In this document: positions 18,556 to 26,799 of the stretch, in pieces | Layout of the letters: each line of letters opens with the position of its first letter | How positions within the stretch are numbered: position 1 is the first letter of the stretch | Source of the DNA: Bacilli bacterium | GTDB lineage: Bacteria > Bacillota_I > Bacilli_A > RFN20 > CAG-826 | DNA length: 63,987 bases | Reading direction: 5' to 3' | Assembly (NCBI GenBank): GCA_044372565.1 | Contig: JBILRP010000005.1 | Span: forward strand, 1-63,987 | Notes under the pieces: model-generated | Database searches by the model: none | What the model was told of the DNA's origin: nothing | Seen by the model: the letters and a program-made list of their open reading frames with translations, nothing else | Program-made: the position numbers and the translations under genes

Positions 18556-19305
18556 ATGTTCAAATACCTTCGCTTAGTCTTCCGTTTGTTGCTTGAACTT
18601 TTTGTCGGCTACATCTGGATTATTCTTCCGAATGTATGGTTCCGAAAACGTATTCCCCTTGCCAAAAGATACCGTCAACTTAGAAAAATTATCCATGGGT
18701 TATATCCATCATTAAGGACAACCTTATATTTATCACACGGTGAAGTCACCAAAGAAAAAGGCCCTTTTTTCATTGTCTGTAACCATCACTCAACCTTGGA
18801 TCCTTTTTTATTAATCTATTTATTTGAACATCCGGTACGATTTGTTGCTAAAAAACAAGTACGTAACATGTTCTTGTTTGGCGATGCAACCGCCTCGATT
18901 GATGGTGTATTTATCAACCGAAAAAGTGTTCGTAGTCAGATTACCAAGCTCAATGAAATGAAAGAAAGTCTTACGCGTAAAGATACCCATTGGCTAGCGT
19001 TTCCAGAAGGGACAAGAAATCGGCAATATTCCAATCCGTTAATGCCCTTCAAAGCAGGAACATTCAAACAAGCCATGGAGGCTAAAGCCACCATTTTACC
19101 GATGGTGACCTATGGTTTCTTTCGCCCACTTGATCCTAAAATAGACTGGAAAAAGTATCCTGTTCAAGTTGATTTTTTACCAAAGATTACTTATGAACAA
19201 TACAAGGGTAAATCAACCATTGACTTTGCGGAAGACATTCAAAAAATGATGCAACTCAGAAGTGATAAGATGATTGAGTTAGACAAAACTTTACCGAGGA
19301 AATAA
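18556..19305 (+). CDS. plsC: 1-acyl-sn-glycerol-3-phosphate acyltransferase
   Basis: NHHSTLD (HX4D) and FPEGTR motifs, with an N-terminal hydrophobic segment. Confidence 0.85.
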   Translation: MFKYLRLVFRLLLELFVGYIWIILPNVWFRKRIPLAKRYRQLRKIIHGLYPSLRTTLYLSHGEVTKEKGPFFIVCNHHSTLDPFLLIYLFEHPVRFVAKKQVRNMFLFGDATASIDGVFINRKSVRSQITKLNEMKESLTRKDTHWLAFPEGTRNRQYSNPLMPFKAGTFKQAMEAKATILPMVTYGFFRPLDPKIDWKKYPVQVDFLPKITYEQYKGKSTIDFAEDIQKMMQLRSDKMIELDKTLPRK

Positions 19306-19307
19306 AT

Positions 19308-20606
19308 ATGAATATCTTGACAATTATTGATCATAAAGTTAAAGGACTTTCTTTATCAGAAGAAGAAATTACTTTTTTCGTTCATGGCTATGCTCATGAA
19401 AAACTTCCTGATTATCAGATTGCCTCATTGCTGATGGCAATCAAGTTAAAGGGCATGAATGCGCAAGAAACGGCTTGGCTAACCAAGGCGATGGTTTCCA
19501 GCGGTGAATCCGTTGATCTAACTGGTATCGTCGGCATCACCGTGGATAAACATTCCACAGGTGGGGTTGGGGATAAAACCTCATTGGTTATTGGTCCCAT
19601 CGTTGCGGCTTTAGGATTAAAACTTGCGAAAATGTCTGGTCGTGGTTTAGGCCATACCGGTGGGACGATTGATAAACTAGAATCCATTCCTGGTTTATCC
19701 ACGAGTTTATCCTCTAGCCAATTTCGTCAACAAGTCAATTCAATTGGCATGGCGATCATTGGTCAAACCAAAGAACTCGTCCCAGCAGATAAAAAAATGT
19801 ACGCCTTACGTGATGTCACTGGAACGGTTGAATCCATTCCTTTGATCTCAAGTTCAATCATGAGTAAAAAAATTGCCTCTGGGGCAAAGACCATCTTGCT
19901 TGATGTGAAATTTGGATCGGGCGCATTTATGAAAACGCTTGAGGATGCTCGTCAATTAGCTCATGCGATGGTGAATATAGGCAAATCATTAGGTCGAGAT
20001 ACACGAGCAATGTTAACGGATATGGATCAACCTTTAGGATTGGCGATTGGGAATCGGCTTGAGGTCATCGAAGCTGCCAATACGTTACAAATGAAAGGGC
20101 CAAAAGACTTGCTTACGTTGTCGGTGAAAGCCAGTGCGATGATGCTATTACAGGCGAAGAAAGTCACCTCTTTAAAAGAAGGGGAAGCGAAAGCAATGGA
20201 CGTCATCACCTCGGGCAAAGCTTATCAAAAGTTTCTTGATTTCACTTCTGCCCAAGGAGGAAACTTTTCAACGTTACTCTCGCCATCGTTTTTAAAAACC
20301 AAATCGACGTTACCTATTCTTGCTCAACAACAAGGGTTTGTCGGAAAAATTAATGCCTTGGCATTAGGTGAAATTGCCTCTTTATTAGGGGCGGGGCGAT
20401 TAACCAAAGAGGATGTCATTGATTTCAACGCTGGCATTTTGTTAAATAAAAAAATTGGCGATCGAGTCAAGCAAGGTGATCTGCTTGCTACATTATTCAC
20501 GAATCAACTACCAAACAAAGACCATGTCCAAGGTGTGCTTTCAGCGTTCACAATTGTTGATAAACCCGTTGTTGTTAATCCAATCATTTATGACTGGGTC
20601 GAGTAA
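19308..20606 (+). CDS. pdp: Pyrimidine-nucleoside phosphorylase
   Basis: 432 aa with VDKHSTGGVGDK and SGRGLGHTGGTIDKLE motifs. Confidence 0.9.
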   Translation: MNILTIIDHKVKGLSLSEEEITFFVHGYAHEKLPDYQIASLLMAIKLKGMNAQETAWLTKAMVSSGESVDLTGIVGITVDKHSTGGVGDKTSLVIGPIVAALGLKLAKMSGRGLGHTGGTIDKLESIPGLSTSLSSSQFRQQVNSIGMAIIGQTKELVPADKKMYALRDVTGTVESIPLISSSIMSKKIASGAKTILLDVKFGSGAFMKTLEDARQLAHAMVNIGKSLGRDTRAMLTDMDQPLGLAIGNRLEVIEAANTLQMKGPKDLLTLSVKASAMMLLQAKKVTSLKEGEAKAMDVITSGKAYQKFLDFTSAQGGNFSTLLSPSFLKTKSTLPILAQQQGFVGKINALALGEIASLLGAGRLTKEDVIDFNAGILLNKKIGDRVKQGDLLATLFTNQLPNKDHVQGVLSAFTIVDKPVVVNPIIYDWVE

Positions 20607-21049
20607 TGAAAGTTGTTATTCAGCTCGTCAGTGAAGCTTCGTTATCGATAGCAGGTAACCTTCATGCCTCGATTACCAATGGGATGGTATGTTTTGTTGG
20701 CTTTACCCACGATGATAACCCAGTCATCCTTGAGGCGATGCTTGATAAGTTATTGAAACTTAGAATTTTTCCTGATGAAAATGGAAAAACCAATTTATCA
20801 CTTTCCGAAACCAAAGGTCAACTGTTACTAATTCCAAATTTTACATTGTATGCAAACACAATTGGTAGTCGGCGTCCTTCCTTTAGCAATGCAGCAAAGC
20901 CTGAGGTTGCAGCTAGTTTATTTACCCATCTAAAAAATCACCTAACAAGCTTGTATCCTTCCTCAAAGGTTGGTGTATTTGGCGCAGACATGAGCGTTGT
21001 TGTTCACAACCAAGGGCCTTTTACTTTAATATTAGATAGCAATGAATAA
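20606..21049 (+). CDS. dtd: D-aminoacyl-tRNA deacylase
   Basis: 147 aa, with MKVVIQLVSEASLSI ... LRIFPDENGK ... FGADMSVVVHNQGPFTLILDS. Confidence 0.85.
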   Translation: MKVVIQLVSEASLSIAGNLHASITNGMVCFVGFTHDDNPVILEAMLDKLLKLRIFPDENGKTNLSLSETKGQLLLIPNFTLYANTIGSRRPSFSNAAKPEVAASLFTHLKNHLTSLYPSSKVGVFGADMSVVVHNQGPFTLILDSNE

Positions 21050-22187
21050 CAAAAACATTCGGGTGATGATTGGATTAAGTGGAGGTGTGGACTCTGCGGT
21101 GGCTGCCTATTTACTGAAACAACAAGGGTATGATGTGATTGCCGGTTTTATGAGAAATTGGGATGCATTGGCAAACTCAGATCAACTTGGAAATCCAACA
21201 TTGAATCAAGATATTTGTCCTCAAGAAGTGGATTTTATCGACGCTCAACATGTCGCAGCCCAACTGAACATTCCTTTGTTTCGCATTGATTTTGTCAAAG
21301 AATATTGGGATCATGTGTTCTCTTTTTTCTTAAAAGAATACGAACAAGGCCGAACCCCGAACCCTGATATCCTTTGTAATAAATACATCAAGTTTGATGC
21401 GTTTCTTCATTTTGCGCAAAGTCATGGGGCGTCGATGATAGCCATGGGGCATTACGCAAAACGTATTGATAAACCCAACGGAAGAGTGGCGATGGGTGTA
21501 TCGAAGGATGACAATAAAGATCAAACCTACTTTTTATCCCAAGTCTCGCAAGCCCAACTATCCAAAACCTTATTTCCTTTAGCAGATTTACCAAAGGAAG
21601 AAGTCAGGCGAATCGCCCAATCGCTTAACTTAAGTGTTGCCAGTAAAAAAGACTCAACCGGCGTATGTTTTATTGGCGAAAGAAACTTTCGAGAGTTTTT
21701 AAAGAATTACATCCCTGCGCATCCCGGCGTCATGATTGATATGGTCAGCAACCAACCTGTTGGTCAACATGAAGGCGTTTATTATTACACGATTGGTCAA
21801 CGAAAAGGTCTTGGGATTGGCGGTAGTAAATCCTTAGGTAGTGACAAATGGTTTGTGGTTAAAAAAGATGTGAAGAATAACCTTCTTTATGTTGCCCAAG
21901 GTGAAGAAAATCACTATTTATTATCCGATGAAATCACCGTCAGCATGCTCAATTGGATTCATCAACCACCGAAAATCGGTGAGCAATATCTTGCCCGTTT
22001 TCGCCATCGACAAACGTTATTACCGGTGACCATTCAATCATTAACTGATCAAACCTTAACGTTACGTTTTCCCCAAGGATATAAGGCCATCACCCCTGGT
22101 CAAGGGGCAGTGCTTTACAAAAATGATGAATGCTTGGGCGGTGGTCTGATTGACCAAGTATATTATCAAGGTCAGCAACGACTTTAG
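21042..22187 (+). CDS. mnmA: tRNA 2-thiouridine(34) synthase
   Basis: PP-loop GLSGGVDSAVAAYLL, plus the catalytic Cys regions NPDILCN and GVCFIGE. Confidence 0.95.
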   Translation: MNNKNIRVMIGLSGGVDSAVAAYLLKQQGYDVIAGFMRNWDALANSDQLGNPTLNQDICPQEVDFIDAQHVAAQLNIPLFRIDFVKEYWDHVFSFFLKEYEQGRTPNPDILCNKYIKFDAFLHFAQSHGASMIAMGHYAKRIDKPNGRVAMGVSKDDNKDQTYFLSQVSQAQLSKTLFPLADLPKEEVRRIAQSLNLSVASKKDSTGVCFIGERNFREFLKNYIPAHPGVMIDMVSNQPVGQHEGVYYYTIGQRKGLGIGGSKSLGSDKWFVVKKDVKNNLLYVAQGEENHYLLSDEITVSMLNWIHQPPKIGEQYLARFRHRQTLLPVTIQSLTDQTLTLRFPQGYKAITPGQGAVLYKNDECLGGGLIDQVYYQGQQRL

Positions 22188-22189
22188 TA

Positions 22190-22198
22190 TGTTATAAT
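22190..22198 (+). promoter_or_regulatory. Extended -10 promoter element for the alaS T-box leader
   Basis: TGtTATAAT at 22190-22198, overlapping the mnmA stop region. No good -35 is seen. Confidence 0.45.
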
Positions 22199-22204
22199 TT
22201 TTTT

Positions 22205-22405
22205 ATTGAAGCTAATTGTAGCCCTCCTCAAAAGCGACAACGACCTAGTGAAAGCGTTGGTTGAAGTCTACAAGTGCCACTTCAATGTATGCAATTAATC
22301 ATTGCCGTCCCGCCGCGTTAAGGCAACAAAGTGCATCATGAACATCATGATGAATAAGGATGGTACCGCGATCAATTCGTTCCTTGCGTAGGTACTTTTT
22401 TTCTT
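22205..22405 (+). promoter_or_regulatory. T-box riboswitch leader, alanine-specific (specifier GCC)
   Basis: The Stem I base helix pairs ATTGAAG (22205-22211) with CTTCAAT (22280-22286). AGTGAAAGC (22247-22255) is the distal element. GCC-A at 22276-22279 sits directly 5' of the closing helix. The T-box sequence is AAGGATGGTACCGCG (22356-22370), with UGGU to pair with the tRNA NCCA end. A terminator follows. Confidence 0.85.
22363..22402 (+). terminator. T-box terminator (expression platform)
   Basis: GTACC(GCG) (22363-22370) pairs with (CGT)aGGTAC (22386-22395) and is followed by T7. The 5' arm overlaps the T-box antiterminator sequence. Confidence 0.7.
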
Positions 22406-22418
22406 TCCAGGAGGAAAC

Positions 22419-25016
22419 ATGAAATCATTAACCGGCTCACAAATTCGCCAAATGTGGCTAGCTTTTTTTTCCAGCAAAGGTCATCAGATCATCCCAGGAA
22501 AAAGTTTGGTTCCTTTCCAAGATCCAACCTTGTTATGGATTAACTCAGGGGTCGCAGCCTTAAAGAAATATTTTGATGGCAGTGACATCCCCTCGAATAA
22601 ACGATTAACCAACGCCCAAAAAAGTTTACGAACCAACGACATTGAACAAGTAGGCTATACCGCGAGACATCATACTTTTTTTGAAATGTTAGGCAACTTC
22701 TCAATTGGTGATTATTTCCGAAAAGAAGCCATCACATGGGCTTATGAATTGTTAACAAGCCCACAATGGTTTGGCTTTGATAAAGACAAACTTTACATGA
22801 CCTATTCCCCGCTTGATCTAGAAACCCCGAAAATTTGGGAAAGTTTAGGGATTGCCAAAGATCACTTATTCGCCTTAGAAGGAAACTTTTGGGAAATAGG
22901 GGAAGGTCCTTGTGGTCCTAACACAGAAATTTTTTATGATCGCGGAGATACCTATGACCTTGAGAAAAAAGGTGTTCGCTTGCTCCAAGAAGAATTATCG
23001 AATGACCGATATATTGAAATATGGAATATTGTCTTTTCCCAATTCAATGCCGTCAGTGGTAAACCACGATCCCAATATAAAGAACTACCATCTAAAAATA
23101 TTGATACCGGGGCTGGATTAGAAAGAATTGCAAGTATTTTTCAAGCAACCCCAACCAATTTTGAAACCGACTTATTCTTTCCTATTATTCAAGCCATCGT
23201 TCCGTTAGCTCAGCAGAATTATCAACAAAGCGGATATCGCCCGTATCGCGTGATTGCCGATCATATTCGTACCTTAACCTTTGCACTGTCTGATGGGGCG
23301 CTTTTTTCCAATGAAGGTCGTGGGTATGTGTTAAGAAGAATCTTACGTCGGGCCGTTCGATACGGACGAAAGATTGGCATTCAAAAACCATTCATGTCCA
23401 GCTTGGTGAATGTGGTGATATCGATCATGCAAGCGGATTATCCTTATTTAAAGGATCAACAATCCTCCGTCATGAAAATGATTCATCACGAAGAAGAAAA
23501 GTTTTTAACGACCTTGAATCATGGAGAAAGTTTATTAAAAAATCTTCTTGATAAAAAACAACCTATCTCCGGAGACGTTGCCTTTAAACTTTATGATACT
23601 TTTGGTTTTCCAGTTGAACTCACCAAAGAAATTGCCCAGGAAGCTAACCTCGCGGTGGATATGGTGCAATTTGAATCCCTGATGGAACAACAACGGGAAC
23701 GGGCGAGACAAGCAAGGCAACACGTTGGTTCAATGGCAAAACAATCGGCAGCCTTATTGGCCTTTAAAACTCCTAGTCAGTTTCTTGAAAATCCTCGTCC
23801 CGTGGAGGCGACCATCATCGGTATTTTCCAACAAGGAGAACAAGTCACAACGTTAACCGATGAAGGGGATATAATCCTTGATCAAACCACTTTTTATGCA
23901 GAAAGCGGAGGTCAAACGGCCGATATCGGTTTGATGATCAATGCCACGAGTAAACTCGAAGTGCTTGATGTTCAAAAAGCTCCTCACAAGCAACATTTAC
24001 ATAAAGTTAGTGTGAGTTATGGATCCATTAAAGTCGGTGATCGTGTGCGGTTAGAAATCAAAGAGGATCGGCGGCGAATCATTCAGCAACATCACTCATC
24101 TTTGCACTTATTACAATCTTCTCTTAAAAAATACTTAGGTGAACACATCATCCAACAAGGGTCTTTTGTGGGTGATACCTATGCTCGCTTTGATTTTTCT
24201 CATCCTAGTAAAATAACCGATCAAGAATTAATCGCCCTTGAAGAAGATGTCAATCAACAAATCCAACAAGCATCCGCTGCGACGATTGAATATATGCCTA
24301 TTGATCAAGCTCGATTAACCGGTGCAACCGCGCCGTTTGAAGAAAAATATGGTGACATTGTTCGCATCGTGACCCTGGGTCCCCGCTCAAAAGAATTTTG
24401 TGGGGGGACGCATGTCAATAACACCTTAGACATTGGCATGTTTGCCATCGTCTCTGAAGAGAGCATTGCTGCAGGAACTCGACGCATGGTGGTGGTCAGT
24501 GGTGCCCCTGCCTACGCTCATTTCAAACAAAAAGAAACGATGCTAGCCCAGTTAAGAACTCAACTAGGGGCTTCATCTACCAGAGAAATTTTTGATCGTT
24601 TAAAAGTGTTGATTCAAGAAAAAGACCAATTGAAATCCGCCTTAAACCAAGCACAAGATGGTCAAGCGGATGGGATTGCTTTATCATTATCGAATCAAAT
24701 CAAAACCATGCCTATTCTTCATGGCTTCTTTTATGAACCAACCCTCACCCGACCGTTGCTATTAAAAGTCATGGATCGTTTAAAGGCGAAGTTCCCTCAA
24801 TCCTTGTTTGTGATCATCGGTAAAGAAGACACAGGTTTTCCGATTGGAACCTATGTTGGTGGGACATTACAAACACCAACTCGAAACGCATCCATTATTA
24901 CGAAAATGATTGCCTTAGCGATGCAAGGCTCAGGTGGCGGTAAACCTGATTTAGCGTTTGGAGCAGGTAAAGTCATGGTCGATTTAACCAAAGTATGGGA
25001 AAAGATCAACCTTTGA
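22419..25016 (+). CDS. alaS: Alanine--tRNA ligase
   Basis: 865 aa with HHTFFEMLGNFSIGDYF, an HxxxH...CGGTH editing domain and a C-terminal DHHA1-like region. SD is AGGAGG. Confidence 0.97.
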   Translation: MKSLTGSQIRQMWLAFFSSKGHQIIPGKSLVPFQDPTLLWINSGVAALKKYFDGSDIPSNKRLTNAQKSLRTNDIEQVGYTARHHTFFEMLGNFSIGDYFRKEAITWAYELLTSPQWFGFDKDKLYMTYSPLDLETPKIWESLGIAKDHLFALEGNFWEIGEGPCGPNTEIFYDRGDTYDLEKKGVRLLQEELSNDRYIEIWNIVFSQFNAVSGKPRSQYKELPSKNIDTGAGLERIASIFQATPTNFETDLFFPIIQAIVPLAQQNYQQSGYRPYRVIADHIRTLTFALSDGALFSNEGRGYVLRRILRRAVRYGRKIGIQKPFMSSLVNVVISIMQADYPYLKDQQSSVMKMIHHEEEKFLTTLNHGESLLKNLLDKKQPISGDVAFKLYDTFGFPVELTKEIAQEANLAVDMVQFESLMEQQRERARQARQHVGSMAKQSAALLAFKTPSQFLENPRPVEATIIGIFQQGEQVTTLTDEGDIILDQTTFYAESGGQTADIGLMINATSKLEVLDVQKAPHKQHLHKVSVSYGSIKVGDRVRLEIKEDRRRIIQQHHSSLHLLQSSLKKYLGEHIIQQGSFVGDTYARFDFSHPSKITDQELIALEEDVNQQIQQASAATIEYMPIDQARLTGATAPFEEKYGDIVRIVTLGPRSKEFCGGTHVNNTLDIGMFAIVSEESIAAGTRRMVVVSGAPAYAHFKQKETMLAQLRTQLGASSTREIFDRLKVLIQEKDQLKSALNQAQDGQADGIALSLSNQIKTMPILHGFFYEPTLTRPLLLKVMDRLKAKFPQSLFVIIGKEDTGFPIGTYVGGTLQTPTRNASIITKMIALAMQGSGGGKPDLAFGAGKVMVDLTKVWEKINL

Positions 25017-25441
25017 AACCAAAACCTCCAATTTATCTAGGATTTGATTTAGGCAGTAAATCCTTAGGCATTGCCATTCGAAACCGATTAGGCATGATTA
25101 TTCCCTTGCCTGCGTTGTTTTTTCCTCGTCTTGATGAACTTCAGTTAAGCAAATTTATCCTCCGATTAATCGAAGAGCATCAACCCAACGCCTTGGTGTT
25201 TGGGATTCCGTTCCATGCCGATGGCCGGGAAAGCGATCAAACGGCCTGGGTGCTAGGGGTAGTGGGAAGATTAAAAGCTTTTGTGACACTTCCAATCAAC
25301 ACTGTGGATGAACGCTTCACGACGATTGAAGCCAAAGAGCGCCTCCATGAATTCGGTTTACCAGAGAAAAAACAAAAAGATTACATCGATTCCGTTGCCG
25401 CTTGTATAATATTAGAGCAACATGAAAGACAACCTCGATAA
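24995..25441 (+). CDS. ruvX: Putative pre-16S rRNA nuclease / Holliday junction resolvase-like RuvX (YqgF)
   Basis: IYLGFDLGSKSLGIAI N-terminal motif and ...VDERFTT. An alternative TTG start at 25013 overlaps the alaS stop. Confidence 0.85.
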   Translation: MGKDQPLKPKPPIYLGFDLGSKSLGIAIRNRLGMIIPLPALFFPRLDELQLSKFILRLIEEHQPNALVFGIPFHADGRESDQTAWVLGVVGRLKAFVTLPINTVDERFTTIEAKERLHEFGLPEKKQKDYIDSVAACIILEQHERQPR

Positions 25442-25700
25442 CACCTTAGAAATTGTCATGGACAATGGCAAAACAGAAATTTTCTTTATTTATTTTACCT
25501 TTATCTTTCAACATGGTAACTATGTCATTTATTACCATCCCAAAGCTCCTGATGATCTCTATGTCAAAGCCTATGATGACCTAACCTTGGCCTTGTCTGA
25601 ACCAAGTGAAGATGCCCTCGCTTATGCAGAAACCATGATTGAAAACTACGAAGAAGATGATGAGGATGATGAGAAAAATGATGGTAATTTAGAGAAATAA
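25422..25700 (+). CDS. DUF1292 (YrzB-like) small acidic protein
   Basis: Conserved position after ruvX, with an acidic C-terminus (EEDDEDDEKND). Confidence 0.6.
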   Translation: MKDNLDNTLEIVMDNGKTEIFFIYFTFIFQHGNYVIYYHPKAPDDLYVKAYDDLTLALSEPSEDALAYAETMIENYEEDDEDDEKNDGNLEK

Positions 25701-25741
25701 TTGCTAAAATAAACAAGCATTCAACAACAAGGAGCACCACG

Positions 25742-26212
25742 ATGGAAAATGAAAAAGTCCAATTAACGCGAGAAGGATATGACAAACTTAAAGCCGAATT
25801 ACGTCAATTGATTGATGTCATTCGTCCTGAAGTGATTGAACAATTGGCTTATGCCCGTTCACTTGGCGATTTATCTGAAAATGCTGATTATGATGCTGCC
25901 AAAGCCAAACAAGCTGATGTTGAACAACGAATACGTCAACTTGAAGATATTTTGTCGAATGCTAACATCGTCAACGATGTCACGGGATCAAGCAAAATTG
26001 TCAGCTTTGGTCGAACGATTAAAATTCTTCACTTAGGCAACAAAAAAGAATATACCTTTAAAATTGTTGGCACACATGAAACCAATCCAACCGATGGAAC
26101 AATCAGCAATGTATCCCCATTAGGAGAAGCAATCATGGGTGGTAAGGTAAATGACAAAGTCACCGTCAAAGCCCCTAAGTCATATCAAGTACAAATCTTA
26201 AAGATCGAATAA
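25742..26212 (+). CDS. greA: Transcription elongation factor GreA
   Basis: LTREGYDKLKAELRQL ... GDLSENADYDAAK signature. Confidence 0.95.
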   Translation: MENEKVQLTREGYDKLKAELRQLIDVIRPEVIEQLAYARSLGDLSENADYDAAKAKQADVEQRIRQLEDILSNANIVNDVTGSSKIVSFGRTIKILHLGNKKEYTFKIVGTHETNPTDGTISNVSPLGEAIMGGKVNDKVTVKAPKSYQVQILKIE

Positions 26213-26236
26213 TCTTTGACGCGCCATCCAACAAGC

Positions 26237-26268
26237 AACCTCCCTATTTATGATTGGGAGGTTTTTTT
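26237..26268 (+). terminator. Intrinsic terminator after greA (3' arm contains the comEA SD)
   Basis: AACCTCCC (26237-26244) pairs with GGGAGGTT (26256-26263) across an 11-nt loop, followed by T-run 26262-26268. Confidence 0.8.
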
Positions 26269-26799
26269 ATGTTTAAAGTCATGCTCGGCGTCTTGTTTTT
26301 TACGATCATCACCTTGGTGGTCTTTTTAAATCTTGATCCTAATATTGTCCAAACCCCAGTGAGTCAAATCAGTTCACTATCATCGGATTTTATGACCGTG
26401 GGGATTGCTGGAGAAGTACAAAAACCCGGTACGTATATCGTGAAAAAGGATGGCACATTAAGTGATTTGATTACCTTATCAGGGGGAGCATCCAGCAATG
26501 CGGATGAGGATGCATATCAACTCACATTGCCATTGTTTGCAGGTGGGCAATTTTATATCGCACCCAAGTTTGATCCCACTGATGTCTGTGGGACGAGTGA
26601 ACTGATTAAAGTTGCATTAAATTCTGCGAATCGAGAAACATTGATGACCCTCTCCAACATTGGCACGAGTCTTGCCAATGCGATTGTGGAGTATCGACAA
26701 AGCCAAGGAAATTTTACATATTTAGAACAAATCATGGAAGTTCCAGGCATTGGCCAATCCACGTATACACGAATCAAAAACTATATTAACCTCCTTTGA
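26269..26799 (+). CDS. comEA: Competence protein ComEA (membrane-anchored DNA receptor, HhH)
   Basis: N-terminal TM segment, a SLBB-like middle region and a C-terminal helix-hairpin-helix (MEVPGIGQSTYTRIKNYI). I chose the ATG at 26269, 7 nt after GGGAGG. Confidence 0.8.
   Translation: MFKVMLGVLFFTIITLVVFLNLDPNIVQTPVSQISSLSSDFMTVGIAGEVQKPGTYIVKKDGTLSDLITLSGGASSNADEDAYQLTLPLFAGGQFYIAPKFDPTDVCGTSELIKVALNSANRETLMTLSNIGTSLANAIVEYRQSQGNFTYLEQIMEVPGIGQSTYTRIKNYINLL

Noticed and set aside
20606-21049. Dtd motif deviations (PNFTL instead of SQFTL, NQGPFT instead of NDGPVT) as a sign of altered function
   Set aside because: The Gly-cisPro element and overall length are retained. I cannot judge the significance of these substitutions without an alignment, so the evidence is too weak to report as a finding.
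22295-22477. 60-aa minus-strand ORF upstream of alaS
   Set aside because: It lies entirely within the T-box leader and the alaS start. It has no SD and is explained by the structured RNA on the + strand.
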